A stretch of 64,000 nt of DNA from an uncultured Clostridia bacterium (GTDB taxonomy: Bacteria > Bacillota > Clostridia > Christensenellales > UBA1242), in NCBI GenBank assembly GCA_947382485.1, contig CANCYS010000006.1, positions 2,278 through 66,277 on the forward strand, in the 5' to 3' direction. Shown in pieces: positions 10,379 to 19,912 of this stretch. The position numbers were made by a program, and so were the translations under genes. Position 1 is the first letter of the stretch. The number at the start of each line of letters is the position of its first letter. The notes below the pieces were generated by a model, which was given only the letters and a program-made list of their open reading frames with translations, ran no database searches and was not told where the DNA came from.

Positions 10379-10544
10379 TAAATCAAATAGTATATTTAAA
10401 TGTGATATTGTTGGGTGTAACAAAAACTCAACTTTTGAAATTAAAACTGGTAGTTATAAAGGTGACTTATTTATGTGCGAAAATTGTTTCAAACAACTTC
10501 GAAATTTAATAAAAAAGGAAAGCACAAATGAATCAAAAAAATAA
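10368..10544 (+). CDS. small zinc-ribbon protein
   Basis: ATG 10368 follows GAGGAA (the track start 10353 is TTG). Four Cys arranged as CDIVGC...CENC. Overlaps both neighbouring ORFs. Confidence 0.5.
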   Translation: MKINKSNSIFKCDIVGCNKNSTFEIKTGSYKGDLFMCENCFKQLRNLIKKESTNESKK

Positions 10545-12399
10545 AAAATATTTTTATTCTGAAATCGAAGACCAAGTGATTGTCAACTTTATCAAAGAAG
10601 ATTTTTTAAATAGACAGCAACAACGAAAACAATATGAGTTAACTTGGGAATTAAACTTAAACTTTTACTTAGGAAACCAATTTAGTTATATATCAAATGC
10701 AGGTGAAATTAATGATGTTGAAAAACAATATTACTGGGAAAACAGAGAGGTTTTTAATCATATTGCACCTATTATTGAAGCAAGATTATCTAAACTTAAT
10801 AAGGTTAAACCTTTATTAAATATTCGTCCTTCAAGTGGTTCAGATAAAGATATTTATTCAGCAAAACTTGCAAAATCTATACTTCAATCAACCATTGATA
10901 AATATTCGCTATCTTCAATTATATCAACTGCAAACTATTGGAGCGAAATTACTGGAACTTCATTTTATAAACTATCTTGGGACGACGCTCTTGGAGATAC
11001 CATTGGAGTGATTGATAAACAAGAAATTAAAAATGGAGATGTAACCATTTCAGTTTGTTCACCATTTGAAATTTATCCGGATTCTAATAGTTCTATTGAA
11101 ATTGAAGATTGCGAATCAATAATTGAAGCAAGGGCATATCCAGTTAAATATATCAATTCAATTTGGAATACTAATTTTGTTGGCGAAAATATTGATTTGT
11201 TTGATATTAATAATAACAGTTTTCTTTCAGGAATGTCTGGAAGAAGTAATATTACAAAAGTAATTCATTCAACAAAACAAGACCATATTTTACTAATTGA
11301 ACGATATGAAAAACCAACAAAAAATAGAGTGAATGGAAGACATACAATAATTTGTGGAGATACACTTTTATATGATGGTGATTTACCATACAACCTTGGT
11401 AAAAATGGAAACAAATCATATCCATTTATTAAACAAGTTTCAACTAAACAAATAACTTCATTCTGGGGAATGAGTGTCATTGAAAGATGTATTCCTTTGC
11501 AAAGGACATATAATGCAATTAAAAATAAAAAACATGAACTGATTGCAAGACTTGCAAGTGGAGTTCTTGCTGTTGAAGACGGTTCAATTGATATTGATAA
11601 TTTAGAAGATGAAGGTCTTGCACCTGGCAAAATTTTAATTTATAGAAATGGAACCACACCTCCTAAATTTTTAGATGCTGGTTCAATACCACCAGAATTT
11701 GATGATGAAGAAAATAAACTTAGATCAGAAATGAATAGTCTTGCTTGCATAAGCGACATAACAACAAATTCTAGTATTCCAAGTAATGTAAATAGTGGTT
11801 CTGCTATTTCAATGCTCATTAATCAAGATGAATCTAGACTGTCGCTTACAGCAGAACACATAAGAGAAAGTATTCGAAAGATTGGCGTCGGGATAATTAG
11901 GTTATACAAACAATTTGCTAAGAAAGTTAGACTTGGTAAAATTAACGATTCCAATAATATCATGCAAATATTTTATTGGAATAATTCTGACCTTACAAGC
12001 GATGATGTTATTTTTGAATATGACAATGAATTAGAAAATTCAACAGAAAATTTAAAATCATTAATCTTATCTTTATATGACAAAGGTTTGCTTTCAGATG
12101 AAAATGGTAAAACAAGTTCTGATGCAAAACATAAAATTTTAGAAATGCTTGGATTTAAAAATTGGGAATATCATGATGATTTAATTGAAAATCACAAATC
12201 AAGAGCCCATAAAGAAAATTTGCAACTTTTAAAATTGGAAGCACCATTGGATATTGATGAACATTCAATTCACATTGTTGAACATACTAAATTTTTAATT
12301 TCTGATCAATCATCAAACGTTGATAATGATTTTAAAGAAAAGTTATTAAAACATATCAAAGAACATAAACAAAAACAAAATTTTATTAAGGAAAATTAA
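10528..12399 (+). CDS. phage portal protein
   Basis: 623 aa ORF between the terminase and scaffold genes. The N-terminal LNLNFYLGNQFSY segment looks portal-like. Size and position are typical for a portal. Confidence 0.75.
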   Translation: MNQKNKKYFYSEIEDQVIVNFIKEDFLNRQQQRKQYELTWELNLNFYLGNQFSYISNAGEINDVEKQYYWENREVFNHIAPIIEARLSKLNKVKPLLNIRPSSGSDKDIYSAKLAKSILQSTIDKYSLSSIISTANYWSEITGTSFYKLSWDDALGDTIGVIDKQEIKNGDVTISVCSPFEIYPDSNSSIEIEDCESIIEARAYPVKYINSIWNTNFVGENIDLFDINNNSFLSGMSGRSNITKVIHSTKQDHILLIERYEKPTKNRVNGRHTIICGDTLLYDGDLPYNLGKNGNKSYPFIKQVSTKQITSFWGMSVIERCIPLQRTYNAIKNKKHELIARLASGVLAVEDGSIDIDNLEDEGLAPGKILIYRNGTTPPKFLDAGSIPPEFDDEENKLRSEMNSLACISDITTNSSIPSNVNSGSAISMLINQDESRLSLTAEHIRESIRKIGVGIIRLYKQFAKKVRLGKINDSNNIMQIFYWNNSDLTSDDVIFEYDNELENSTENLKSLILSLYDKGLLSDENGKTSSDAKHKILEMLGFKNWEYHDDLIENHKSRAHKENLQLLKLEAPLDIDEHSIHIVEHTKFLISDQSSNVDNDFKEKLLKHIKEHKQKQNFIKEN

Positions 12400-12401
12400 T
12401 T

Positions 12402-12998
12402 ATGGATGAAAACATTTTAGAACAACCATCTTTTAATAGCAACAATGAAAATTTAGATAATAATATTAAGCAAAATGAAGATGGCTCTATTTTTGGAAAA
12501 TTTAAAGATGCAAAAAGTTTGCTTGAAGCATATAACAACTTACAATCAGAATTTACCAGAAAAAGCCAAAAATTAGCTGATTTACAAAAAAAAGTTGAAG
12601 AAAATGCAGTTTTTAATACTTATGAAAATATTGATGATTTTGTTAATAGCACAAAAGATAGCGATAAATATAAAAAGGAAATCACGGAGATTATTGAAAC
12701 AGATAATGAAATAAATAGTCTGCCAAATAAATATCATGTTGCTTACAAAATTATTCAAACTGCTGAAAACAAATCTGCACAAACTTTAAATGACCAAAAT
12801 TTTATAGACAATTATATTCAAAACAACAATCAAATTAAAGAGAATATTATATCTGAATATTTGTCTAATTTAAACAATATTTCAACCGAACCAAAAACAA
12901 TTCAGGGCAGTCCTACGAGTATATATTTTTCACCTAACACAAACAAGCCTAGAACTTTAAAGGAAGCTGGGGAAATATTTAAGAAAATGCTAAATTAA
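12402..12998 (+). CDS. capsid scaffolding protein
   Basis: 198 aa, acidic and helical-looking. GKFKDAKSLLEAYNNLQSEFTRKSQKLADLQKK resembles scaffold N-terminal motifs. Lies immediately upstream of the capsid gene. No prohead protease gene is present. Confidence 0.6.
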   Translation: MDENILEQPSFNSNNENLDNNIKQNEDGSIFGKFKDAKSLLEAYNNLQSEFTRKSQKLADLQKKVEENAVFNTYENIDDFVNSTKDSDKYKKEITEIIETDNEINSLPNKYHVAYKIIQTAENKSAQTLNDQNFIDNYIQNNNQIKENIISEYLSNLNNISTEPKTIQGSPTSIYFSPNTNKPRTLKEAGEIFKKMLN

Positions 12999-13011
12999 AA
13001 TAGGAGAAAAC

Positions 13012-14184
13012 ATGGTAACATTAGAAACAGCAAATAGCGCACTTAAAGAAGTTTACTTGGGCGTTGTATCTAATCAATTAAACACATCAATCAATCCGCT
13101 TCTTGCAAGAATTAATCAAACAACCTCTGATGTGTGGGGAAAGGAAATCAGAAAACTTGCACCTTATGGTATAAACGGCGGCATTGGTGCAGGTACAGAA
13201 GATGGAAACTTGCCAAGTTCAGCAGGCAACAACTATGCACAATTTGTACTTGAACTTAAAAACCTTTATGGTAGAGTTGAAATTTCTGATAAAGCAATAC
13301 GAGCATCTGAAAATTCAGAAGGAGCTTTTGTAAATTTACTTAATGCAGAAATGGATGGACTTATTAAAGCTAGTGCATTCAATTTTGGAAGAATGCTTTA
13401 TGGTGATGGTTCAGGTATTTTAACAACAATTACCGAAGATGGAGATAACATTATTACCGTTGATTCAGTTTCAAATCTTATCGAAGGTATGGTCGTTGAT
13501 ATTATTTCTACAAGCGGTGTATCTATTAAAGATGGTTTGAGAATTGCATCTATTGATAGAACAAATAAAACAGTTAAATTTACAACTTCAATTTCGGGAA
13601 CATTCAAAGATAACTGTTTGTGTGTTCAAGGATCATACGGAAAAGAACTTACTGGTCTTGGAGCAATTTTTAAAAGCAATGGTTCTCTTTATGGTTTGAA
13701 TAGAGAGAATTATAGTTGGATGGTTCCTTATATGAAAAACATTGCAACTGAAAGTGCAAATACAAATATAAGTGAAACAGTAATACAAAAAGCAATTGAT
13801 GAACTTGATGAATGTGCTAATAGCAAAGTTGATTTTATTGTGTGCTCAGCAGGTGTAAAAAGAAATTATCAATCATACATGCTTTCATACAGAACTAACA
13901 TTGATGTTATGAATTTAGAAGGGGGATTTAAAGCCATTTCATATAATGGTATTCCTGTTGTATCTGACAGATTTGCACCAGCCAATACAATGTTTTTACT
14001 AAACACTAGTGAATTTAATCTTCATCAATTGTGTGATTGGAAATGGCTTGAAGGAGAAGATGGAAGAGTGATTAGACAAACACTTGGAAAACCGACTTAT
14101 CAAGCAACGCTTGTTAAATATGCTGATATTATATGCAATAAACCAAGTGGTCAAGCAAAAATCTCAGGAATTGCCGAATCATAA
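13012..14184 (+). CDS. major capsid protein (HK97 fold)
   Basis: 390 aa, follows GGAGAAAAC RBS. The core segment LYGRVEISDKAIRASENSEGAFVNLLNAEMDGLIKASAFNFGRMLYGDGSG matches the pattern of HK97-like capsid families. Position after the scaffold gene fits. Confidence 0.8.
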   Translation: MVTLETANSALKEVYLGVVSNQLNTSINPLLARINQTTSDVWGKEIRKLAPYGINGGIGAGTEDGNLPSSAGNNYAQFVLELKNLYGRVEISDKAIRASENSEGAFVNLLNAEMDGLIKASAFNFGRMLYGDGSGILTTITEDGDNIITVDSVSNLIEGMVVDIISTSGVSIKDGLRIASIDRTNKTVKFTTSISGTFKDNCLCVQGSYGKELTGLGAIFKSNGSLYGLNRENYSWMVPYMKNIATESANTNISETVIQKAIDELDECANSKVDFIVCSAGVKRNYQSYMLSYRTNIDVMNLEGGFKAISYNGIPVVSDRFAPANTMFLLNTSEFNLHQLCDWKWLEGEDGRVIRQTLGKPTYQATLVKYADIICNKPSGQAKISGIAES

Positions 14185-14228
14185 ATTACATTTAAAAACT
14201 TGTAATTTAAATTTTGTTGGAGAATAAA

Positions 14229-14621
14229 ATGAAATATGTAAATAAACGATACGAAGTTTATTATGATAATTTTAATTATTATAATTTAATAACTAAAATT
14301 GATAGAAATTATAGATTATGTTTTGATAATATCGAAAAATTATTCATTATAATAAATATCGCAAAAAACAATCAAATTTGCATGAAATTTAAATCATTTT
14401 CATTTAATCTAATCAAATCATTGCAAAAAACAAGAGTTGAAAATTCAAAATTTATATTTGATGAAATTGATAGTAATAATAACAAAATCATCTTAGATAA
14501 TCATAAAGTGATTAAAAATAAAGCAATTGACTCTTTGCATGATTTGATTAAATTTTCCAACAGAACAAACACAATTTCTAAAACAGACATTAATAAAATT
14601 GTCGAGGGAAAAAATGCTTAA
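14229..14621 (+). CDS. hypothetical virion-module protein
   Basis: ATG 14229 follows GGAGAA (the track start 14214 is TTG). 130 aa, N/K-rich. No motif recognised. Confidence 0.5.
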   Translation: MKYVNKRYEVYYDNFNYYNLITKIDRNYRLCFDNIEKLFIIINIAKNNQICMKFKSFSFNLIKSLQKTRVENSKFIFDEIDSNNNKIILDNHKVIKNKAIDSLHDLIKFSNRTNTISKTDINKIVEGKNA

Positions 14622-15189
14622 AAAGACACTAATTAAATGTTCACAATTAATTGGAAGAGATGACATAATTTTAACATTGAAAGATGTTAATGATGCAGAT
14701 GAAATTGAAAATTCTTCAATTAAAAATGATGTCACTAGACTTATAAACTTTTACAATTTTATTGTAAATTCTATATGCGAAAATTATCTAGATTTGACTT
14801 ATACCGAAAGCCTATCTTCTGATTTTGAACGCAAAATTTTTTATCATGATTTCTATTACTATCCAATTAAAATTATAGAAATAGCAGATAAAAATTTTGG
14901 ACATAGGCCATTTCAAATTAAATCAAATTTTATTATAACAAATGAACCAAACAAAATTTACAACATTACTTATAAATATGTTCCTAACGCTATAACAAAA
15001 CTTTCAGACTGTTCAAGTCTTACAAAAACTATTAATGACAATATTATTTGTTTTGGTATTGCAAGTGAGTTTTTAGCTAGCAAAGGGCAATATAATCAAA
15101 GTGAATATTGGAAAAATAAATTTTTATTTGAAATATTTAAAATTAAAACTCATAAGGAAAGACTTTTAAAGTCAACTTTCTGCAAATGA
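14614..15189 (+). CDS. hypothetical protein, candidate head-to-tail adaptor
   Basis: ATG 14614 follows GAGGGA. 191 aa. Overlaps the previous ORF by 8 nt and the next by 4 nt (ATGA). The adaptor call rests on position only. Confidence 0.4.
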   Translation: MLKKTLIKCSQLIGRDDIILTLKDVNDADEIENSSIKNDVTRLINFYNFIVNSICENYLDLTYTESLSSDFERKIFYHDFYYYPIKIIEIADKNFGHRPFQIKSNFIITNEPNKIYNITYKYVPNAITKLSDCSSLTKTINDNIICFGIASEFLASKGQYNQSEYWKNKFLFEIFKIKTHKERLLKSTFCK

Positions 15190-16568
15190 AACAGAACAAC
15201 AAAAACTACTTATTTTTTAACTTTAATCCAGTTATTGAAAATAAGATAATAAACAAATCAGACTTAACAATAGAATCGGTTTATAATATTACACTTGAAA
15301 ATAATATTATTGAACCCGTGCATGATTTTACAGACATTTTTGAATTAATTATCGATAAACAAAATTTAGAAAGTTTTTATGATGAGAACAAAGACATTTT
15401 AAATCAACTGACTGATATAAAATTTTATGAATTTATTTATGACAAAAACTATTATGAGAGAGTATTTGTATTAACACAAAATTATAAACTATATGAGATT
15501 GATAAATCACTAAATATAATTGTTGATTTGAATATCAAATTTAGTTCAGAGCCAAAAACTTTTATTAGAGACAACAAAATTTATTTCTTATCAAAAAATG
15601 ATATTTTGATATACTTTGAAAAATTTGAAAATCCAGTATTTATAAGTTCGTTTTGTAATATTGAAAAAGTATGTACACATGATAAATATTTATATTTTAC
15701 AACTGGGGAAGAACCTTTTAAAATTTTTTCAACAGAAAATCAAGAGTTATCAAACATTTCAGATGATTTATCATATTTTGAATATTTTGAACTAAATTCT
15801 AATGATGGAAAGATTTTAGAAATATTAAACTTTAAAGATAATTTGTATATTGTTCAGCAATATAATATAACTAAAATGACTTTACACTCTGGTAAATTTA
15901 CTCTCCATAGTTATTGCAAGATTGAATCTAGAATATTTGAAAATACAATATCTCAAATTGATGATTATATTTTAATCTATACAACATCTGGTCTATACAT
16001 TTTTGACGGAAATGATTTCAAACAAATTTTTAGCAATATTACTAAAAAAATTTGTAATAATCAAAATCAAGCGGTTTCGTTTAACAACAAATATTATTTG
16101 ACTACAAAGTTATTAATTAATGACAAAATTGAATCTGTATTATTAGAATTTAACCTTGAAAATAATATTTGTAACATTTATAAAATAGGAAAAATTAAAA
16201 ATATTTATGTTTCTAAAACTATTAGTGAATATAATTTATTTATTAATGTTGAAGAAAATAACAATTCTATGTTGTTATTTTATAATAACAATTATAATTC
16301 AATAAACAAAAAATATATAAAATTTAATAAGATGACTTTTGATGATACTTTTGTTAAAACTTTGAATTCAATAAAATTTATTTGCAATGGTAAATTTTAC
16401 ATTAACATTGGTAGTGACATTTCAAACATTCAGCTAAGTAGCACAAATTATACAAGAATGTCTAATCTGGGATTGAGAGGAAGTTATTTTCAAATTGAAA
16501 TTTTTGGAGATGAACAATTTTTTATAGAATCTTTCTTAATTGAAATTTCAAATGTGGGTGAATATTAA
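15186..16568 (+). CDS. hypothetical protein, candidate tail hub or nozzle (beta-propeller-like repeats)
   Basis: 460 aa. Recurrent blade-like motifs: KIYFLSKNDILIYF, KYLYFTTGEEPFKIF, NLYIVQQYNITKM, YILIYTTSGLYIFDG, KYYLTTKLLI. Its position after the putative adaptor matches P22 gp10 and T7 gp12. Confidence 0.4.
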   Translation: MKQNNKNYLFFNFNPVIENKIINKSDLTIESVYNITLENNIIEPVHDFTDIFELIIDKQNLESFYDENKDILNQLTDIKFYEFIYDKNYYERVFVLTQNYKLYEIDKSLNIIVDLNIKFSSEPKTFIRDNKIYFLSKNDILIYFEKFENPVFISSFCNIEKVCTHDKYLYFTTGEEPFKIFSTENQELSNISDDLSYFEYFELNSNDGKILEILNFKDNLYIVQQYNITKMTLHSGKFTLHSYCKIESRIFENTISQIDDYILIYTTSGLYIFDGNDFKQIFSNITKKICNNQNQAVSFNNKYYLTTKLLINDKIESVLLEFNLENNICNIYKIGKIKNIYVSKTISEYNLFINVEENNNSMLLFYNNNYNSINKKYIKFNKMTFDDTFVKTLNSIKFICNGKFYINIGSDISNIQLSSTNYTRMSNLGLRGSYFQIEIFGDEQFFIESFLIEISNVGEY

Positions 16569-17602
16569 TGATTGATAAATACAAAAATCTTCTTTCAAAA
16601 ACAATTGAAATTGAAGAGAGTTTAAAATCCATTGAAACCATAAAAGAAAGTACACAAAATCTATCAACAAGTTTTAATAAAAGTTTTTTGAACTATTCAA
16701 TTATTGGCACAAAAAGAATATCGATTGCTAGTTTCGACATAAAAAAAGATTTGACTATAACTTTGCAATGCCAAATTGATTTAAGTCTTTTATCTAAACA
16801 AAACATATCTTTTTCATTGATTATAAATGATTTTTGCGTTTTTTTAACAAGAAAACAGTTGGAAAGTGGTCACAATCAGATTGTATTAACAAAAAATTAT
16901 ACTTCATATAATAATGAAAAATTAAATATTTATCTTGAAATTAATACGTTAGACAATAAAGTTGCTACGCTTGAATCTGAAAATCTTCTTGTTATTGGGT
17001 TAAATGTAAACAATAATGAAAATGAATATAATGCTATAGAAAGTAATGATGGATTTTTGTTGTCTTGTTTAGTTAATAATAATCTCTATATAAAAAATAC
17101 AGATAAAAATTTGAAAACTTTAAATTTAGAAGAATTCAATTATTTGGCATCTGCAAAGTCACACTGTATAGTTTATTTGAAAAATCAAAATAAAACATAC
17201 ATTTTTAGGGTTGACCTTAATGGTAAACTATTTTACTGCAACACTGATGATATGAATGAAAAATACATTACTGATAAAGTAAATAAAGTTTATACATCAA
17301 CAGATGATAATATAATTCTTGTTAGTTTTATAAAAAACAATTCATGTTATTATTTTGATATTGAGAATGGAAATGTATCTAAAATATCAAAACTTGAATT
17401 TGTAAATAATCCTTTAATTTCTTGTTATAATTACTACAACAAATTCAATGATAAATTTTATTTAATTGTAACAGATAGATACAATTCAAATTTTATTGTT
17501 GAATCAATTATACCTAAAAATTCAACTGGTGAAAATCTTAAAGTTGATTATAAAATTGATATTTCTACTTATGAGGTGAATGATGAAAATGAATCTTCAT
17601 AA
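16568..17602 (+). CDS. hypothetical virion protein with an N-terminal coiled coil
   Basis: 344 aa. The start overlaps the previous stop (TAATG). The N-terminus KYKNLLSKTIEIEESLKSIETIKESTQNL looks helical and the rest is N-rich and beta-like. Confidence 0.4.
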   Translation: MIDKYKNLLSKTIEIEESLKSIETIKESTQNLSTSFNKSFLNYSIIGTKRISIASFDIKKDLTITLQCQIDLSLLSKQNISFSLIINDFCVFLTRKQLESGHNQIVLTKNYTSYNNEKLNIYLEINTLDNKVATLESENLLVIGLNVNNNENEYNAIESNDGFLLSCLVNNNLYIKNTDKNLKTLNLEEFNYLASAKSHCIVYLKNQNKTYIFRVDLNGKLFYCNTDDMNEKYITDKVNKVYTSTDDNIILVSFIKNNSCYYFDIENGNVSKISKLEFVNNPLISCYNYYNKFNDKFYLIVTDRYNSNFIVESIIPKNSTGENLKVDYKIDISTYEVNDENESS

Positions 17603-19583
17603 CAAATTAGTTGTTTGCTTAAATGGCAAAGAATACATATTTTATAATCAAATGTTTGAAAGCGTTTATGAAAAAATAAAAAACTTAGAATCATACAATA
17701 ATTTAATTGCGATTGGAAAAGGTGAACGATCATCAAATCAAAATAATTTTAAATTAACAAATTATATAAAAACTTTTAATCTTGAAACTGAAACAATTCA
17801 AAATGATATTTCAAAAGGTGAATTATTTATTAAAAAATCTTTAACCATAAATGATGGTTCTCTTGATGGACAGTATATTACTGAGATGGGTTTATGTTCG
17901 TGTGATGAAGAACCAACTATATATAATTATTTTTCACTTATCAATGAGGAACATCAAGGAATATTAAAAAACAAAAACGAAAGTATCCAAATTTATATCT
18001 ATATTTATTTAGAACTTACACATGAAAAAGAAGGATTATTTACACTTGGAAATAATCCATTCATAAGTTTTCTTTTGGGTGAGGGTTTAAATAATAAAAA
18101 AATTTATATTTCACGAGGTAATAACACATCAGAGAATATACCAATATCACGAGCAAAATTGTCTTCTGCAAATAAATATTTATGTGATATAAAATTTAAT
18201 ACTAATGAAAATTCCAAATCCGAACTTATCCTTTCATCCAATCTTGGTTCTGGCTCAACATATGAAATTGTTTACTTGATTGATGATGAACCATTTGCAA
18301 GAATGAATGTGTTAAACATAAAAAACACCATTTCATTAACTAAGGATTTTGAGCCAAAAGCAAATTATGTTTTGGACCTTGGCGATGAAATTTCTCACAT
18401 AAATAGTATTACTAATTCTACCACAAATGAAACAGAAAATAATTTTTACACGACTAAGTATGCAACAAAATTCGGAGATAAAATTATCTTGCCATTTAAC
18501 AATATGTTTAATTTTGAAACCCCAAGATTTATTTCGAAAGATGGAGATAAAATATTTTTTGTTGTTAATGATACAATTTATGGATACCAAAATATAAACT
18601 ACAATTTGATACAACTTAATCTATCAAATTTACATATTCAAAACATAAGTAAAATTGTCAGTTTTGACAGATACCTATTTGTAATTACAAAACATAGCCC
18701 TTATATTTCTTTATTCATATTTGATAATGGACTTTTAAAAAAGTGCAAAATTGATACAAAAAATAGTGAAATATATAAAAAATTAGACGATTTTTACAGT
18801 ATTGACATTACGCAAGCAAGAAACAATATTTTCATGATTGGTTTTATTTCAAAGCATGACAACATAGGTCATACATTATATTTTAACTTTAATGAAGAAA
18901 ATTTTAGTTTGGAATTTGATTCTTATTTAGAAACTCCATATGAAATTAACTTTATGCTTGCTATGTATAAAAATAATTTTTCAGATGCAGTAATCATATT
19001 TTTAAAAGAACATCAGTACTCACTATATTGCAGGATTATTAATCATTTTCCAGATAAAACAAAAACAGAAACTCAGTCTGTTGTAGCATATTATTATACT
19101 CATGATACAAAAAATATTTATACAAAAAACAGGGCAGTAATTGTAGAGAAAAACACGGCACCTTACACTTGGATTTACTATTATCCTCAACTATACAGAT
19201 ATACCCTTGACCTTTTTGAAACAGAACATAAGATTAACATTTCAACAAATTTACTATATTTAATTCAACAGCAAGATGATAAATCTTATAAAATATATAA
19301 CTTAGTTGGATATAATATTCCAACTGAATTTACTGATGGTTTTCCAGAAGAAATTGATCAATCAAAAATAATTGATTTTGAATTTTTAACTGACACTCTA
19401 CTAATTTTTACTAATGACACAAAAGAAAATATTTTAGCATATAATTTAAACAATCTATGCACAGCAATAGAAAATGTGTCATCAAATAATGATACCTATT
19501 CGGTTAATATGGATACCTATGACATAATCGGAAAAAACAATGAAGGAGTTATTGCTTCACTTACAATAAATTTTGAACTATGA
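17580..19583 (+). CDS. candidate tail fibre or receptor-binding protein
   Basis: 667 aa. Alternative ATGs at 17583 and 17589, with GAGGTG at 17574-17579 favouring 17589. The N-terminal segment ...GELFIKKSLTINDGSLDGQYITEMGLCSCDEEPTIYNYF resembles the tail-collar fibre N-domain motif (..IrEiGLfd.dG.li..), recalled from memory. Confidence 0.4.
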   Translation: MMKMNLHNKLVVCLNGKEYIFYNQMFESVYEKIKNLESYNNLIAIGKGERSSNQNNFKLTNYIKTFNLETETIQNDISKGELFIKKSLTINDGSLDGQYITEMGLCSCDEEPTIYNYFSLINEEHQGILKNKNESIQIYIYIYLELTHEKEGLFTLGNNPFISFLLGEGLNNKKIYISRGNNTSENIPISRAKLSSANKYLCDIKFNTNENSKSELILSSNLGSGSTYEIVYLIDDEPFARMNVLNIKNTISLTKDFEPKANYVLDLGDEISHINSITNSTTNETENNFYTTKYATKFGDKIILPFNNMFNFETPRFISKDGDKIFFVVNDTIYGYQNINYNLIQLNLSNLHIQNISKIVSFDRYLFVITKHSPYISLFIFDNGLLKKCKIDTKNSEIYKKLDDFYSIDITQARNNIFMIGFISKHDNIGHTLYFNFNEENFSLEFDSYLETPYEINFMLAMYKNNFSDAVIIFLKEHQYSLYCRIINHFPDKTKTETQSVVAYYYTHDTKNIYTKNRAVIVEKNTAPYTWIYYYPQLYRYTLDLFETEHKINISTNLLYLIQQQDDKSYKIYNLVGYNIPTEFTDGFPEEIDQSKIIDFEFLTDTLLIFTNDTKENILAYNLNNLCTAIENVSSNNDTYSVNMDTYDIIGKNNEGVIASLTINFEL

Positions 19584-19828
19584 AATTTAATAATAAAATC
19601 TATAAAATATCTTCTGGAACAAATGTAAATTTATATGCAACTGATGCTTCACATATGGACTTGTATGTATGCAATAAATTTGTTACAAAAAAACAGTTGT
19701 CACTCGAACCATTTATAAGATGTTTAAGCACAAACACATCTTTTAATGCTGGTTATGTAAAGAAAATTAATGATAACTATATTTGCATTTGTTTCGACGA
19801 TATTATTTCGGTGCAACATGAAAAGTAA
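19580..19828 (+). CDS. hypothetical small protein, last gene of the coupled operon
   Basis: 82 aa. The ATG overlaps the previous stop (ATGA). Confidence 0.45.
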   Translation: MKFNNKIYKISSGTNVNLYATDASHMDLYVCNKFVTKKQLSLEPFIRCLSTNTSFNAGYVKKINDNYICICFDDIISVQHEK

Positions 19829-19912
19829 GATAATAGATAATTTCTATTTTGAATATATATACAAAGTTACAAAGACATACAAACTTAATAAAATTTTAAC
19901 ACGAGGAAAAAA

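Noticed and set aside
15186-19583. Size coincidences with P22 and T7 proteins: 667 aa matches P22 tailspike, 460 aa is close to the 472 aa of gp10, and the 196-aa track ORF matches T7 gp11.
   Set aside because: Length alone is not evidence. No sequence similarity to those proteins was recognisable by eye, so only gene order and weak motif cues are used.
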